NCBI GenBank assembly: GCA_045636685.1 | Contig: JAZTXZ010000085.1 | Span: 1 to 53,856, forward strand | Length of the DNA stretch: 53,856 nucleotides | Origin: Candidatus Avispirillum sp. | GTDB taxonomy: Bacteria > Bacillota > Clostridia > Oscillospirales > CAG-272 | Direction of reading: 5' to 3' | In this document: positions 18,523 through 27,394 of the stretch, piece after piece | Numbering within the stretch: position 1 is the first letter of the stretch | Layout: each line of letters opens with the position of its first letter | Position numbers and translations under genes: made by a program | The notes under the pieces: generated by a model | Databases searched by the model: none | What the model was told of the DNA's origin: nothing | What the model saw: only the letters and a program-made list of their open reading frames with translations

Positions 18523-19899
18523 ATGATAACAGAAGTAAGACGCCTTCTCGATGAGAAAAAATATCGCGAGCTGCGCGATCTTCTCTGCGAGGAAGAGCCT
18601 GCAGATATTGCACAGATATTTGACCAGTTTCCAAAAGATGAAGTTCCTCTGATGTTCCGAGTTCTTCATAAGGACTTTGCATCTGAGGTATTTGTCGAAA
18701 TGGACTCAGACCTTCAGCAGGCACTTATTGAAGGCTTCACCGATCAGGAGCTTTCCGATATTATGAATGACCTCTTTCTCGATGATACGGTTGACGTCAT
18801 TGAGGAAATGCCGGCAAGCGTTGTTAGAAGAATCCTGAAAGCTACTGACCATGAGCGTCGACGCCAGATCAACAAGCTTCTCAATTATCCGGAAGATTCT
18901 GCCGGCACTATTATGACAACAGAGTTTGTCCGTCTTAAGGCGCACTTCACTGTTGCCGATGCATTTAAGACTATCCGCCGTCAAGGCGTTGATAAGGAAA
19001 CTATCTATACCTGCTACGTTACGGATGACCACCGAGTCCTTCTCGGTGTTGTTACCGTAAAGCAGCTTCTTCTCGCCGAGGAGGATACGATCCTTGAAGA
19101 TATTATGATTGAGGATCCTATCTTTGCCCATACCGATGACGACAGAAAAGACGTTTCGCTGGCAATGTCCAAGTACGACTTCCTTGCAATGCCCATCGTT
19201 GACTCAGAGCAGAGACTTGTGGGTATCGTCACTGTCGACGACGCCCTCGACGTTATCCAGGAAGAGGACACAGAGGATATCGAAATGATGGCGGCGATCA
19301 CTCCTTCAGATAAACCTTATCTGAAAACAGGTGTGCTCGAAACATGGAAAAACCGTATTCCCTGTGTTCTTATCCTTATGATCTCAGCTACGTTCACTTC
19401 AAAGATACTCACCCATTTTGAAGGCTCTCTTGCTACACTGCCTATCCTCACTGACTTCGTTCCCCTGCTTATGGGTACGGGCGGTAATGCAGGTTCTCAG
19501 GCATCGGTATCTGTTATTCGTGCCCTGTCTCTCGGAGACGTGCAGATGAAGGACTTCGGAAAGGTACTTCTTAAAGAGTCTGTGGTTGCACTTCTATGCG
19601 GTATTTCCCTCGGTATAGTCAACTTCGGAAAGATGTATCTTTTTAATGACGTTAACAGAACCGAGCACGGACTTCAGGTTTCAATTGCAGTAAGCCTTGT
19701 TGTAAGCATTGCAATTGCAATCACCGTTATCATCGCAAAGGTATCCGGCGGTATGCTTCCCATTCTCGTAAAGCGTATCGGACTTGACCCTGCCGTTATG
19801 GCAAGCCCTCTCATTACTACAATCGTTGACGTGCTTTCACTCCTCGTATACCTCGGAATCGCACAGACGATACTCAAATATTTCGGAATTAATATTTAG
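18523..19899 (+). CDS. mgtE: magnesium transporter
   Basis: PADIA, YPEDSAGTIMT, CBS pair, GNAGSQ, DPAVMASPLITTIVD. Confidence 0.95.
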   Translation: MITEVRRLLDEKKYRELRDLLCEEEPADIAQIFDQFPKDEVPLMFRVLHKDFASEVFVEMDSDLQQALIEGFTDQELSDIMNDLFLDDTVDVIEEMPASVVRRILKATDHERRRQINKLLNYPEDSAGTIMTTEFVRLKAHFTVADAFKTIRRQGVDKETIYTCYVTDDHRVLLGVVTVKQLLLAEEDTILEDIMIEDPIFAHTDDDRKDVSLAMSKYDFLAMPIVDSEQRLVGIVTVDDALDVIQEEDTEDIEMMAAITPSDKPYLKTGVLETWKNRIPCVLILMISATFTSKILTHFEGSLATLPILTDFVPLLMGTGGNAGSQASVSVIRALSLGDVQMKDFGKVLLKESVVALLCGISLGIVNFGKMYLFNDVNRTEHGLQVSIAVSLVVSIAIAITVIIAKVSGGMLPILVKRIGLDPAVMASPLITTIVDVLSLLVYLGIAQTILKYFGINI

Positions 19900-19902
19900 C
19901 AG

Positions 19903-19938
19903 ATAAAAAGACCTTGCAAAAAAGCAAGGTCTTTTTAT
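19903..19938. terminator. bidirectional terminator
   Basis: ATAAAAAGACCTTGC-N6-GCAAGGTCTTTTTAT between convergent genes. Confidence 0.85.
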
Positions 19939-19940
19939 GT

Positions 19941-20498
19941 TTAAATATCAATATCAATTCCGAATCTGTTGTTCGGCTTTTTCTTTTCTCCTCGTAGCTT
20001 TTTAGTAGCCTCACTGCCCTCCTGCTTTTTCTTTGCGATAGAATAAATCACCAGGGAAACGGCCATATAAATTGCAAACTGAAGAACGGCAAATACGATC
20101 TTCGTGCCAAGGGGTGCGCCGTCAGGCCCGTATATACCGTTTACGATGAACATTTCACCGGGAAAGAAAAATAATACTCCCAAAGCTCTTCCCTTCATTA
20201 ACACATAAAGGACTACGTAAACGACACCGCAGATCAGCATATTGAAAACCGGAATACCTGTGGAAAACTCCTTTGAGCCGCGGTTAAGCTCTGTTCCCAG
20301 TTTATAAGACAACACTCCGAGGGCGGCACATATTATAGCCGTCAGTATCAAATATACAAGGATGTTTTGAATGCGCGAATTATCGGGGATAATAAATTTT
20401 ATTGCCATCTGCAGCACACCGCTGCCTAAGGACGTTACGATGGACGCGACTAAAAGAGTGGGAAACCATGAAATCAAAAAAGTAAAGTTGTTTCTCAT
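19941..20498 (-). CDS. hypothetical membrane protein (~4-5 TM)
   Basis: hydrophobic segments, AAGGAAAGG RBS, basic C-terminal tail. Confidence 0.7.
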   Translation of the reverse strand: MRNNFTFLISWFPTLLVASIVTSLGSGVLQMAIKFIIPDNSRIQNILVYLILTAIICAALGVLSYKLGTELNRGSKEFSTGIPVFNMLICGVVYVVLYVLMKGRALGVLFFFPGEMFIVNGIYGPDGAPLGTKIVFAVLQFAIYMAVSLVIYSIAKKKQEGSEATKKLRGEKKKPNNRFGIDIDI

Positions 20499-20536
20499 AG
20501 TTATTACATACCTTTCCTTGCATTTATTTTTGATTT

Positions 20537-20791
20537 TTACCGTTCATCATGAGTGACACTGCAGCTGTCTCTTTTATGACAGACGGGGCATTTAAGATAT
20601 GCTGTATTAAATGCATGGACAGAAAGGACCTTATACATCAATTGGTACCATTTCACGTTAAATTCAGCGCCGCAATTGGGACATACGAAAGTTTTTTCAT
20701 ATGCATTTGCGTGGAATATCTTTATAGACAGACACAGCTTTACAATTCCAAGTGCTAATCCGACGACAAGTATTATAATTAATTCTCTCAT
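20537..20791 (-). CDS. small membrane-anchored zinc-ribbon protein
   Basis: N-terminal TM plus CPNC...CPVC. Confidence 0.7.
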   Translation of the reverse strand: MRELIIILVVGLALGIVKLCLSIKIFHANAYEKTFVCPNCGAEFNVKWYQLMYKVLSVHAFNTAYLKCPVCHKRDSCSVTHDER

Positions 20792-20798
20792 TTATGTG

Positions 20799-21293
20799 TC
20801 AACCTTTCTTCCTTTTGAAAAAAGACTTAAAGGCTTTTATGAATTTCACTTCAATAATAAGCTGTTCCAAGACAGTTGCGGATAGTCCCATACCGAAAAG
20901 ACCTGCAAAAAGTCCCGTCTTTTCAAGGTCCTGCCTGAACCAGAATGCGAATGTCAGAAGAGAAAATGCAAAGAACAGAAACCAAAAGCTAAGCTGGGGG
21001 AAAGTTACGGTTAATATCTTCACTTTGCCCTTTTTATTGACAAAAAGCTTTCCTACAAATCTCATATGTATGGAATACCTTTTCCATTTATACTGTCCTT
21101 CCTTTTCGTTCCAGTCGTTGAGACGGTATATTCCCTTCAGCTTTCTTCCGTTGCGCACAAAATGGATGCCTTTATGGTACTGCTTATATTTCCCCCAGTC
21201 GGGCAGCTCAAGATCGGTATCGCTCCATATATGACCGTCTATCATTTTGATACATTCAGCCTCGGTTTTGCCGGTGTTTATAATTGAGATCAT
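20799..21293 (-). CDS. hypothetical protein with 2 C-terminal TM helices
   Basis: ORF with GAAGGTG RBS, co-oriented with the two downstream small genes. Confidence 0.65.
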   Translation of the reverse strand: MISIINTGKTEAECIKMIDGHIWSDTDLELPDWGKYKQYHKGIHFVRNGRKLKGIYRLNDWNEKEGQYKWKRYSIHMRFVGKLFVNKKGKVKILTVTFPQLSFWFLFFAFSLLTFAFWFRQDLEKTGLFAGLFGMGLSATVLEQLIIEVKFIKAFKSFFKRKKG

Positions 21294-21649
21294 TTATACA
21301 CCTTCTCTCTGTGCGGAAATTTATCTTGTTAATATAATTATATATTGTTTTAAATATAAAGTCTTTACCCAAAATAGGTCAATTGTCCAAAAACAGGTCA
21401 ATTTTAATAAGTTGTCATGATCTACAAAAGTTCGGAGAATGATTTTAATTCGGTTTTATCGGGGAGGGGACGGTATTGATATTTTGTAGGGGGCGATCCC
21501 CCCCTATAACCCCCAATTTATATCCTCAATATACATATACAATATTCTTATTACAATATTTTACCAAAATTTTATTTTGTTCATTAAATGTTCACATTTA
21601 TCGTCTATACTGTTATGGATAATGATTACAATTCAAAGGAGAAAAATAT

Positions 21650-23299
21650 ATGGCAAATCTTAACAAGCTCGCAAACCCCATCGGCGTTAAGGGTCCCGTT
21701 CTTACAATCGTTATGGACGGCGTTGGTATCGCAAAGGACTGCGCAGGTAATGCGGTTTGTCGCGCATACACTCCCACACTCGATTCTATCATGGCTAAGT
21801 ATCCCATGGTTTCTCTCAAGGCTCACGGTACAGCTGTAGGTCTTCCCTCCGACGACGACATGGGTAACTCCGAGGTTGGTCACAACGCTCTCGGCTCCGG
21901 TCAGGTTTTCGCTCAGGGTGCTAAGCTCGTTTCCAACTCCATCGAGTCCGGCAAGCTCTTCGCTTCCGACGCTTGGAAGGCTGAGATCGACAACGTTAAG
22001 GCTAATAACTCTACACTTCACTTCCTCGGTCTTTTCTCCGACGGCAACGTTCACTCTCACATCGATCACCTCAAGGCTCTTATCGCTCACGCTAAGGAAG
22101 ACGGCATTTCCCGTGTTCGCGTTCACATCCTTCTTGACGGACGTGACGTTGGTGAGACAAGCGCTCTTGACTACGTTCTTCCCTTCGAGGAATATATTGC
22201 ATCTCTTCGCGATGACAGCTTCGATATCATGATCGCTTCCGGCGGCGGCAGAATGGTTATCACAATGGACCGTTACGAGGCTAACTGGGCTATGGTTGAA
22301 AAGGGCTGGCAGACTCACGTTCTCGGCGAGGGCAGACAGTTTGCATCCGCTGAGGAGGCTATCAACACATACCGCGCTGAGACTAAGGCTATCGACCAGG
22401 ATCTCCCCCCCTTCGTTATCGCTAAGGACGGCGAGCCTGTTGGTACAATCAACGACGGCGACAGCGTTATCTTCTTCAACTTCCGCGGCGACCGCTCCAT
22501 CGAGATCTCCAAGACCTTCGAGGCTGGCGCAGACTTCGACAAGTTCGACAGAAAGAGAGTTCCCAACGTTGCTTTCGCAGGTATGCTTGAGTACGACGGC
22601 GACCTCCACATTCCTTCCCGCTACCTCGTTTCTCCCCCTGAGATCACAAACACAATGGGCGAGTACCTTGCAGACAGCGGTGTAGCTCAGTATGCAATCT
22701 CCGAGACACAGAAGTACGGTCACGTAACATACTTCTGGAACGGTAACAAGTCCGGTAAGTTCTCCGAGGAGCTTGAGACATACGTTGAGATCCTCTCCGA
22801 CGTTGTTCCATTCGAGCAGAGACCCTGGATGAAGTGCGCTGAGATCACAGACGAGCTTATCGAGGCTCTCAAGAGCGGCAAGTATCCCGCAATGAGAGTC
22901 AACTTCCCCAACGGCGACATGGTTGGCCACACAGGTAATATCCAGGCTACTATCTGCTCTATGGAAGCACTTGACCTTCAGCTTGCAAGAATCCTCAAGG
23001 TTATCGACGAGCTCGAGGGTGTAGCACTCATCACAGCTGACCACGGTAACGCAGACGAGATGTACGAGACAGACAAGAAGGGCGATCCCAAGCAGGGTAA
23101 GGACGGCTCCTACAAGGCTAAGACAAGCCACACTCTCAATCCCGTTCCCTTCATTATCTACGATAACTTCTATCAGGACAAGTATACTGTAAAGGCAGAC
23201 GACGGAAGCTTCGGTCTTTCCAACGTTGCTGCTACTGCAGTTAACTTCCTCGGCTACGAGGCTCCCGATATGTGGGATGAGTCTGTTATCAATGCATAA
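21650..23299 (+). CDS. gpmI: 2,3-bisphosphoglycerate-independent phosphoglycerate mutase
   Basis: MDGVG, MGNSEVGH (catalytic Ser), GNVHSH, DGRD, NFRGDR, DMVGH, TADHGN; strongly biased codon usage. Confidence 0.96.
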   Translation: MANLNKLANPIGVKGPVLTIVMDGVGIAKDCAGNAVCRAYTPTLDSIMAKYPMVSLKAHGTAVGLPSDDDMGNSEVGHNALGSGQVFAQGAKLVSNSIESGKLFASDAWKAEIDNVKANNSTLHFLGLFSDGNVHSHIDHLKALIAHAKEDGISRVRVHILLDGRDVGETSALDYVLPFEEYIASLRDDSFDIMIASGGGRMVITMDRYEANWAMVEKGWQTHVLGEGRQFASAEEAINTYRAETKAIDQDLPPFVIAKDGEPVGTINDGDSVIFFNFRGDRSIEISKTFEAGADFDKFDRKRVPNVAFAGMLEYDGDLHIPSRYLVSPPEITNTMGEYLADSGVAQYAISETQKYGHVTYFWNGNKSGKFSEELETYVEILSDVVPFEQRPWMKCAEITDELIEALKSGKYPAMRVNFPNGDMVGHTGNIQATICSMEALDLQLARILKVIDELEGVALITADHGNADEMYETDKKGDPKQGKDGSYKAKTSHTLNPVPFIIYDNFYQDKYTVKADDGSFGLSNVAATAVNFLGYEAPDMWDESVINA

Positions 23300-23311
23300 T
23301 TGAATAAAAGC

Positions 23312-23346
23312 AAAAGAGCTGTTGCAGTTGCAACAGCTCTTTTTTT
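23312..23346. terminator. bidirectional terminator
   Basis: AAAAGAGCTGTTGCA-GT-TGCAACAGCTCTTTT. Confidence 0.85.
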
Positions 23347-23350
23347 GACT

Positions 23351-26300
23351 TTACATTACATAATCACCTGCGAGAAGTCTTACCAGTATATTGGAGTCTA
23401 TACTGTTCAGCTTTCCATCGCCATTGAGATCGGCAACTATTCTTTCATAGGTGCCCACCGAAAGGGCGCCTTGCAGGAATCTCTTCATATAAGATGAATC
23501 CATGGAATTTACTTTACCGTCGGCGTTAATATCTCCGGGAATATATGCTCCATCAGCGCTTTCGGGCGGGACTACCTCCATTATCACAGCTCTACACAAC
23601 GTACACACAACGCGTATATACGTTTTCCCGTCCTCTCCTTCAATGAGGAGAGTATCCCGCTCATTATGGCTGCAGCCTGCCTTCACAGTGCTGCCTACGG
23701 TATCCGGGGTATACTTTACAAAAGTAGGCATACCGTTTTCATTCACGTATGCATTGATAACATCATCCTCGCCTGTATATACCCATATATCATAATTCTC
23801 GCCAAAGACTGCTTCAGATGTAAACTCAAAGGTGAGGTCTGCAAGCACACCGTTTCCAGATATGTTATTGCTGATGGAATCAGATTCGAAATACAGTGCG
23901 ACTGCACAGTAACCATCTTTAGGAATACCCTTTTTCTTTATCAGCTCCTTGAAGCTATCAACCTGACTGTCATCTGACACGGAAAGGTCAAACACTCCCT
24001 TCATCAGGCTTCCCTTTGGAAATACCGTACCGTTTTCCACACCCTTAAGACTAAAAGCATCGGGATAAACGATATAGCAACGAAGAGCCCATATTCCTGG
24101 ATTATTTTCTACGCGAAGCTCCGCCTTGAAGGGGGCCTCTATTGATACCTCAGCGTCTGTATAAATATCTATTGTAAACTCATCATAGTTTCCGCTACCG
24201 ACAGCTCTGTCACACACCGTACATACCCCGTCCACATAGGAGTGTCCCTTTATGGGAAGTAGTATCGTTCCCGAAAACTCTCCGCAAGCGGAACAGTATA
24301 TATTGGCATATCCCGTTGATGTGCAGGTTGCCTCAATTATATCCTCCCTGCCCCTTGCATCATGTCCCGCAGGAGGAGTGATATTTACGGTTACGGACTC
24401 TGAGCATCTATCGCAAACCTTTTCTGTATACCCACCCACAGTGCAAGTGGGATGGATAACGGTTATGCTTCCCTCTTTTTCGTAGCTATGACCAAGAGCC
24501 TCAATTACCTCTGACCTCAAAAGTGTTGCACAGCCCTGACAATAATAATTTCCCTGACCTTCATCGGTGCATGTAGGGAAAATCATAATAGCTTCCCCTT
24601 CACTGTGTCCGGTAGCGGGAGCCAGAACATATGAACACCACATACATATCTCATCCTCGGTACATGTAGCGCTCTTCTCTGACTTATGACCTGATAACGG
24701 GATAACTGTTTCCGAAAGCAAAGCGGAGCACACTTTACACCGTACAATTATTCTTCCATCTGACGTGCAGGTAGGCTCAATGGTTTCAGCAGCGCCCCCA
24801 GTATGGATATTTGTTGCAGGATAAATCTTTTCAAGCAACAGTGTATTACATACGGTACAGCTGACACTTCCGTAACCTGCATTTACACAGTCGGGCTCGT
24901 TTTTTATCTCATCTCCGGGAATATGAAGCCCCGTAGGTGGATATGCCTCGCTCTCAAGGATCGTATCGCAATATGAGCAAAGAATATTTTTATATCCTGC
25001 ATTTGCACAGGTAGGAGCCTTTTCTTCAACGTATACCTCACCATGACTGCAATAGCTTACTGCCCTCGTATTGAAAAACAAGGGAGTATGCTTTGTAAAC
25101 ACGGGCATTCCGTTGTCTGCGATATGCGCATCAATAATATCGCCCTCGGCACTGTAGACAGAGACTGGATAAGAACTGCCAAGCTGAGCGGTCTCTGTAG
25201 GTTTGAAATAAAGAGTAGCAAGAATGCCGTCGGCCGTTATATTATCTGAAACAGACGAACATTCAAAATACAGTGTAACAGACCTAAATCCCTCTTTGGG
25301 AATGCCTTCTTTAATAATAAGCTCCTGAAATTCCTTTACCTGGCTACTGTCTGTTAGGGGCAGATCTGTTTCTCCGATCACAAATCCTGAACGATTGAAA
25401 AGATTGCCGTTTTTGCAGGATACAAGGGTGAGAGCATCGGGATATACGATAAATACTCTCGCCGCCCATATGCCGGGATTATTACGAATGCTGAGATCAA
25501 CGGCAAAATCCTCTCCCGCATCGATTTTTTCTCCGCGAACAGGATCGAGACAGACAGCAAAATCGTTGACACCAAAATACCTTTCAAGTGAGCCGCAGAC
25601 GGAGCAGATACCGTCCACATAGCTGTGATCTTCAAGATATGTCCACTCTATTTTTGATATTTCGTTGCATTTCGAGCAGTAAAACGTCTTTTTTCCTGCG
25701 GCATCACAGGATGGCTCGCGTATCTCTGTATTTCCGTCAGTATCATGACCTTCGGGTTCGATAATATCAGAAACAAGGGTCTCGCGGCACACAATACAGG
25801 TCTTCTCCGTATAGCCTTCATTTATGCAGTCGGGCTCAATTACATTCCAGCATTCCTCAGGCTCATATATATGGCCGAGAGGCAGGATAACTTTAGAGGC
25901 AGCTATCTCTGAGCAAACTAAGCAATACACAGTAAGAATTCCCTCATTTGTGCAATTGGGCTCTTTTATCTCCTCGCGTCCGTAAGTATGCCCGAGAGGA
26001 GGAATAACAGTCTCACTGGCAACCTTTTCGCAAACAGAGCAATAAACGGTGCAGACTCCCTCATTCGTGCAGGTAGGTTCAATTATCTCCTCACGGCCGG
26101 GAGTATGGCGAAGAGGAGGGATCGCCTCTCTTGACAAAACCTTTCCGCATCTGAGACAATACGTTATATATGTTCCTCCCACGGCGCAGGTGGGTTCAAC
26201 CTTTATAATATCACTTTCATCGTGACCGAAGGGTTCCTCAAGAACAACACCACATACTGTACAGAAGGACTCCTCCGTACAGCTTGCAGCTCCCGAAGGG

Positions 26301-27262
26301 GTATGATCAAGAACGGGAAGTATTTCTGTCGATATCACTTCAAGACAGTTGGCACAGTATACGGTAATAGATCCCTCTGAGGTACAGGTAGGCTCAATTC
26401 TGATCTGATCCCCCTCTATGTGCTTTCCTGTGGGAAAAAGCTCTGTCCTAAAAATAAGCTCCTCACATACGAGGCAGTAGACGCGCTCCTCTCCACCTTT
26501 AACGCAAGTGGGTAGATCGGTCTCACTTCTTCCTTCTGTATGTATGCCTGTTGCATCAAGAACCGTTTCGAAAAAAATCTCACCGCAGTGAACACATACA
26601 GTTCTTTCGTATCCCGTATCACGACAGGTGGGCTCAAGACGGACATCCGTAATCTCCGGATGATCGCACGCAACAGTAACGGTAGCACTCTCTGTATCGG
26701 GAGCATACTTTGTGAAGCTTATCTTATCCGAAGCATCCACCTCTGCTCTGATAACATCATCCTTACAGGTATATACGCTGACCTCAAAGCGATCTGCTCT
26801 TTCCAGCTCTTCTGTAAAGCTAAAGGTGAAGGTAGCAACATCTCCGTCTTCTGTCATAAGACGGTCTATTGCAGGCATTTCAAAATAAACGGTTACAGAA
26901 CGATAGCCTTCAGTAGCAATGCCCTGTGATGAGATAAGCTCTTCAAAATCATCGGGCTGGCGGCTGTCAGAAAGAGGAAGATCAAAAATACCCTTCATAA
27001 GACTACCCTTACCAAAAAGGTCTCCGTTTTCGATTGCCTCAAGGCTCATACCTTCGGGATATACGATATAGCATCGCATAGCCCAGATACCGGGATTGCT
27101 CGATATATTGAGCTTGATGTCGATATCCCCGGTGGAAGGCAAGATCGTTTCCTTTTCCGGAACGAGGGAAAGTGTAAAACTATCATCTACAGCGGAAAAA
27201 ACCGGCATCGCACTGCCAATGGTAAGAACAAGCACTAGAATAATACAAACAAGCTTTTTCAT
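23351..27262 (-). CDS. secreted modular protein: 3 cohesin-like domains, 2 arrays of Cys/His repeats, C-terminal dockerin
   Basis: signal peptide; three NPGIWA.R..IVYP domains; 16 H...PTC...G.....CxxC-type repeats; GDINADGKVNSMD / ADLNGDGKLNSID dockerin duplication. Confidence 0.8.
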   Translation of the reverse strand: MKKLVCIILVLVLTIGSAMPVFSAVDDSFTLSLVPEKETILPSTGDIDIKLNISSNPGIWAMRCYIVYPEGMSLEAIENGDLFGKGSLMKGIFDLPLSDSRQPDDFEELISSQGIATEGYRSVTVYFEMPAIDRLMTEDGDVATFTFSFTEELERADRFEVSVYTCKDDVIRAEVDASDKISFTKYAPDTESATVTVACDHPEITDVRLEPTCRDTGYERTVCVHCGEIFFETVLDATGIHTEGRSETDLPTCVKGGEERVYCLVCEELIFRTELFPTGKHIEGDQIRIEPTCTSEGSITVYCANCLEVISTEILPVLDHTPSGAASCTEESFCTVCGVVLEEPFGHDESDIIKVEPTCAVGGTYITYCLRCGKVLSREAIPPLRHTPGREEIIEPTCTNEGVCTVYCSVCEKVASETVIPPLGHTYGREEIKEPNCTNEGILTVYCLVCSEIAASKVILPLGHIYEPEECWNVIEPDCINEGYTEKTCIVCRETLVSDIIEPEGHDTDGNTEIREPSCDAAGKKTFYCSKCNEISKIEWTYLEDHSYVDGICSVCGSLERYFGVNDFAVCLDPVRGEKIDAGEDFAVDLSIRNNPGIWAARVFIVYPDALTLVSCKNGNLFNRSGFVIGETDLPLTDSSQVKEFQELIIKEGIPKEGFRSVTLYFECSSVSDNITADGILATLYFKPTETAQLGSSYPVSVYSAEGDIIDAHIADNGMPVFTKHTPLFFNTRAVSYCSHGEVYVEEKAPTCANAGYKNILCSYCDTILESEAYPPTGLHIPGDEIKNEPDCVNAGYGSVSCTVCNTLLLEKIYPATNIHTGGAAETIEPTCTSDGRIIVRCKVCSALLSETVIPLSGHKSEKSATCTEDEICMWCSYVLAPATGHSEGEAIMIFPTCTDEGQGNYYCQGCATLLRSEVIEALGHSYEKEGSITVIHPTCTVGGYTEKVCDRCSESVTVNITPPAGHDARGREDIIEATCTSTGYANIYCSACGEFSGTILLPIKGHSYVDGVCTVCDRAVGSGNYDEFTIDIYTDAEVSIEAPFKAELRVENNPGIWALRCYIVYPDAFSLKGVENGTVFPKGSLMKGVFDLSVSDDSQVDSFKELIKKKGIPKDGYCAVALYFESDSISNNISGNGVLADLTFEFTSEAVFGENYDIWVYTGEDDVINAYVNENGMPTFVKYTPDTVGSTVKAGCSHNERDTLLIEGEDGKTYIRVVCTLCRAVIMEVVPPESADGAYIPGDINADGKVNSMDSSYMKRFLQGALSVGTYERIVADLNGDGKLNSIDSNILVRLLAGDYVM

Positions 27263-27307
27263 ATAGCCTCCTTATACAATAGTTTTATGTCACTTTTATC
27301 TGATAAT

Positions 27308-27336
27308 ATTGTAGCAGAGATGCATATCTCTGTCAA
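27308..27336 (-). promoter_or_regulatory. SigA promoter with palindromic candidate operator in the spacer
   Basis: minus strand TTGACA-17 nt-TACAAT; CAGAGAT-N4-ATCTCTG at 27315-27332. Confidence 0.7.
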
Positions 27337-27394
27337 TAGTATACAATTATGCCCTCTTCACACAAAAAACAAAAAAGGGCTTTGAAAGCCCTTT

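Noticed and set aside
21626-23131. 501-aa antisense ORF
   Set aside because: Shadow of the highly codon-biased gpmI on the opposite strand; no motifs of its own.
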